Shown piece by piece: positions 30,614 through 32,000 of a stretch of DNA of 32,000 nt; position 1 is the first letter of the stretch; each line of letters starts with the position of its first letter. Under the pieces are notes generated by a model. The model was not told the origin of the DNA. It did not search any database and saw only the letters and a list, made by a program, of their open reading frames with translations. The position numbers were made by a program, and so were the translations under genes. The stretch comes from Nitrososphaera viennensis EN76 (GTDB lineage Archaea > Thermoproteota > Nitrososphaeria > Nitrososphaerales > Nitrososphaeraceae). The stretch is from positions 1,080,001 to 1,112,000 of the forward strand of contig NZ_CP007536.1 in assembly GCF_000698785.1 (NCBI RefSeq), in the 5' to 3' direction.

Positions 30614-31123
30614 GTGGCTCTGCTATTGGCTGTTGCTGACGGCCTTGTCACGTGGGTCCACCTAATCTGCGCGTCAATATGGGTTGGAGGCTCCATCTTT
30701 ATCGCGGCAGTCGCGGTGCCGGTGCTAAGATCACACACCAAGTCGGTCGAGGAGCTTGTCGGCCTGATGGTCAAGCTTGGCAGGCAGTTCAACAAGGTGA
30801 CCGTGCCGGCATTTGCGATCCTCATCGTGTCGGGGATATACAACGCAAGGGCGTTCATGTCAGAGCCCGGCGCGCTCCTCGATTCCACCTACGGCATCCT
30901 GCTCCTGATAAAGATAATCCTGGTGCTTGCGACCGTAGGCGCGTACGTCGTCCACGTGCGCATACTCAACGCGGACATGGAGCGCAGGATCCTGTCTGGA
31001 AACGCCGGCGCGCTGTACGTGCAGTCGGTGCGCTCCAAAATAATCCACCTTGGAAGGATAATAGTCATTTTGTCGATAGTGATACTGTTGCTTGCCGCGC
31101 TGCTGGACAGCGGCGGGCTCTAG
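30614..31123 (+). CDS. CopD-like membrane protein
   Basis: 169 aa, GTG start, 4 TM helices. VHLICASIWVGGSIFIAAV matches the CopD-family H-x6-W-x-GG signature. The stop overlaps the 3' end of convergent rtcA by 4 nt. Confidence 0.55.
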   Translation: MALLLAVADGLVTWVHLICASIWVGGSIFIAAVAVPVLRSHTKSVEELVGLMVKLGRQFNKVTVPAFAILIVSGIYNARAFMSEPGALLDSTYGILLLIKIILVLATVGAYVVHVRILNADMERRILSGNAGALYVQSVRSKIIHLGRIIVILSIVILLLAALLDSGGL

Positions 31124-32000
31124 GCACTGTTGCCTTGTATTGTTATCACGAATTCCTCTCCCTTGCCCGGCGACTGGACGATGTCGTACTTGCAGCCCGC
31201 CACCTGCCGGGCGACCTGCAGGTTCGTCCGCAGGTGCTCCGTGACTCGGGACGTCCTGTATTTTGATATGCCCTTTGCAAGGCACATGGGCAGGACGAGC
31301 ATGTCGGCAAGGAAAGGGTCGACTGCGGCCCCGGCAAGCGTGCTTTCCAGGTACCTTGCCGCAGCCTCCTGCCCCACCTGCTCGGCACGCTTGCCCACCT
31401 CGCCTATAGAGTCGCCCCCGACAAAGGGCCCGCCAAAATCAGACGCCGAGTACACCAGCATGGACGTGCCCGGCGACGGCGCAGTCTCAAACGACGCGGT
31501 ATAGTTTGTGCATTTTATCCCGCTCTTTTCAAGCGACAGCAGCGCGGCCGAGATCTGCCTCTCGGCCACGTGCTTTGGAAGCTGGCTGCAGACGCTTGTT
31601 ATCCGGGGCGCAACCGCCCTGCCGTTCAAGAGTTCCACGGGCGCCGGCTTGCTGCACGGCTCTATAGTGGCTTTTACGATGCCGCCGCCCTTTGGGTAGT
31701 AGCCCCTCTTCAGGACGTCCAGCGAGAATTTTATCCCTGCGCTCCTGTACGCCTCTGACACCACGTAGCGCATATAGTCAGTGGTCGGGCTTGCCCTGAC
31801 GTCGGTGCCGCCTGTTATCTCGATTTCAAGGCCGTTTCCAGACAGCGAGACTGCGGGGATGGCCGCCATAAGCGTGAGCGATATGCTCCCGGCGGTGCCA
31901 ATGTCCACCCTGCGCGGGCCGCCGGCGAACCTGCCGCCGGCAGAGGGCGAAAAGCGCACCCACTCGGCCCCGACCTGCAGGTTTTCCACCCTGGCTCCAA
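31120..32000 (-). CDS. rtcA: RNA 3'-terminal phosphate cyclase, C-terminal about 290 aa (gene continues beyond the right edge)
   Basis: DIGTAGSISLTLMAAIPAVSL, ITGGTDVRASPTTDYMRYVV and LKRGYYPKGGGIV match RtcA blocks. The family N-terminus (about 50 aa containing the GGGQ motif) is missing, so the true start lies outside the window and M at 31989 is internal. Confidence 0.85.
   Translation of the reverse strand, partial: GARVENLQVGAEWVRFSPSAGGRFAGGPRRVDIGTAGSISLTLMAAIPAVSLSGNGLEIEITGGTDVRASPTTDYMRYVVSEAYRSAGIKFSLDVLKRGYYPKGGGIVKATIEPCSKPAPVELLNGRAVAPRITSVCSQLPKHVAERQISAALLSLEKSGIKCTNYTASFETAPSPGTSMLVYSASDFGGPFVGGDSIGEVGKRAEQVGQEAAARYLESTLAGAAVDPFLADMLVLPMCLAKGISKYRTSRVTEHLRTNLQVARQVAGCKYDIVQSPGKGEEFVITIQGNSA

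Noticed and set aside
1-32000. Search for CRISPR arrays, IS elements, transposases, integrases, toxin-antitoxin pairs and prophage genes
   Set aside because: I saw no regularly spaced direct repeats and no ORF with DDE, tyrosine- or serine-recombinase or phage-structural signatures. The low-complexity runs are explained by coding: His tract at 14118-14190, poly-Ser at 18095-18120, the Glu/Lys tail of the PqqD gene at 20960-21010, and an AAT-rich spacer at 11818-11872.

Overview
The window looks like a chromosomal segment of an ammonia-oxidising thaumarchaeon (Nitrososphaera-like). This is my inference from the sequence alone; no database search was possible. Supporting signals: AT-rich TATA-like boxes about 25-30 nt upstream of many start codons, implying leaderless or short-leader mRNAs; a 7S/SRP RNA; an intron-containing tRNA; and archaeal marker genes (Dph2, the AcnX-type phosphomevalonate dehydratase pair, a UbiD-type decarboxylase, a Sulfolobus-type zinc ferredoxin, TRASH-domain copper proteins). 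I support about 40 coding regions. Four were not in the supplied ORF track: a partial gene at the left edge, a 47-aa TRASH protein, a 45-aa candidate peptide and a TTG-started 81-aa ORF. I also call one SRP RNA, one tRNA-Gly(UCC) with two putative introns, and several palindromic operator-like sites. The most interesting locus is a tightly packed minus-strand operon (19673..22544): candidate 45-aa Cys-free peptide, then radical SAM/SPASM, PqqD-like protein, paralogous radical SAM/SPASM, and a small ORF. This is the architecture of a RiPP-type peptide-maturation system, and I cannot assign a product. The second is a copper-homeostasis locus (14118..17642): a His-rich mini-protein, a Met-rich membrane protein, a TRASH-CopA ATPase, CopZ and a TRASH mini-protein. 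The perfect palindrome core TTACAATTGTAA sits just upstream of the TATA boxes of its promoters. Other points are a ferredoxin gene translationally coupled to dph2, a secreted-protein domain recurring in three genes, a compositionally odd MarR operon with tandem operators, and some unexplained structured non-coding DNA. I saw no CRISPR array, transposase or integrase.
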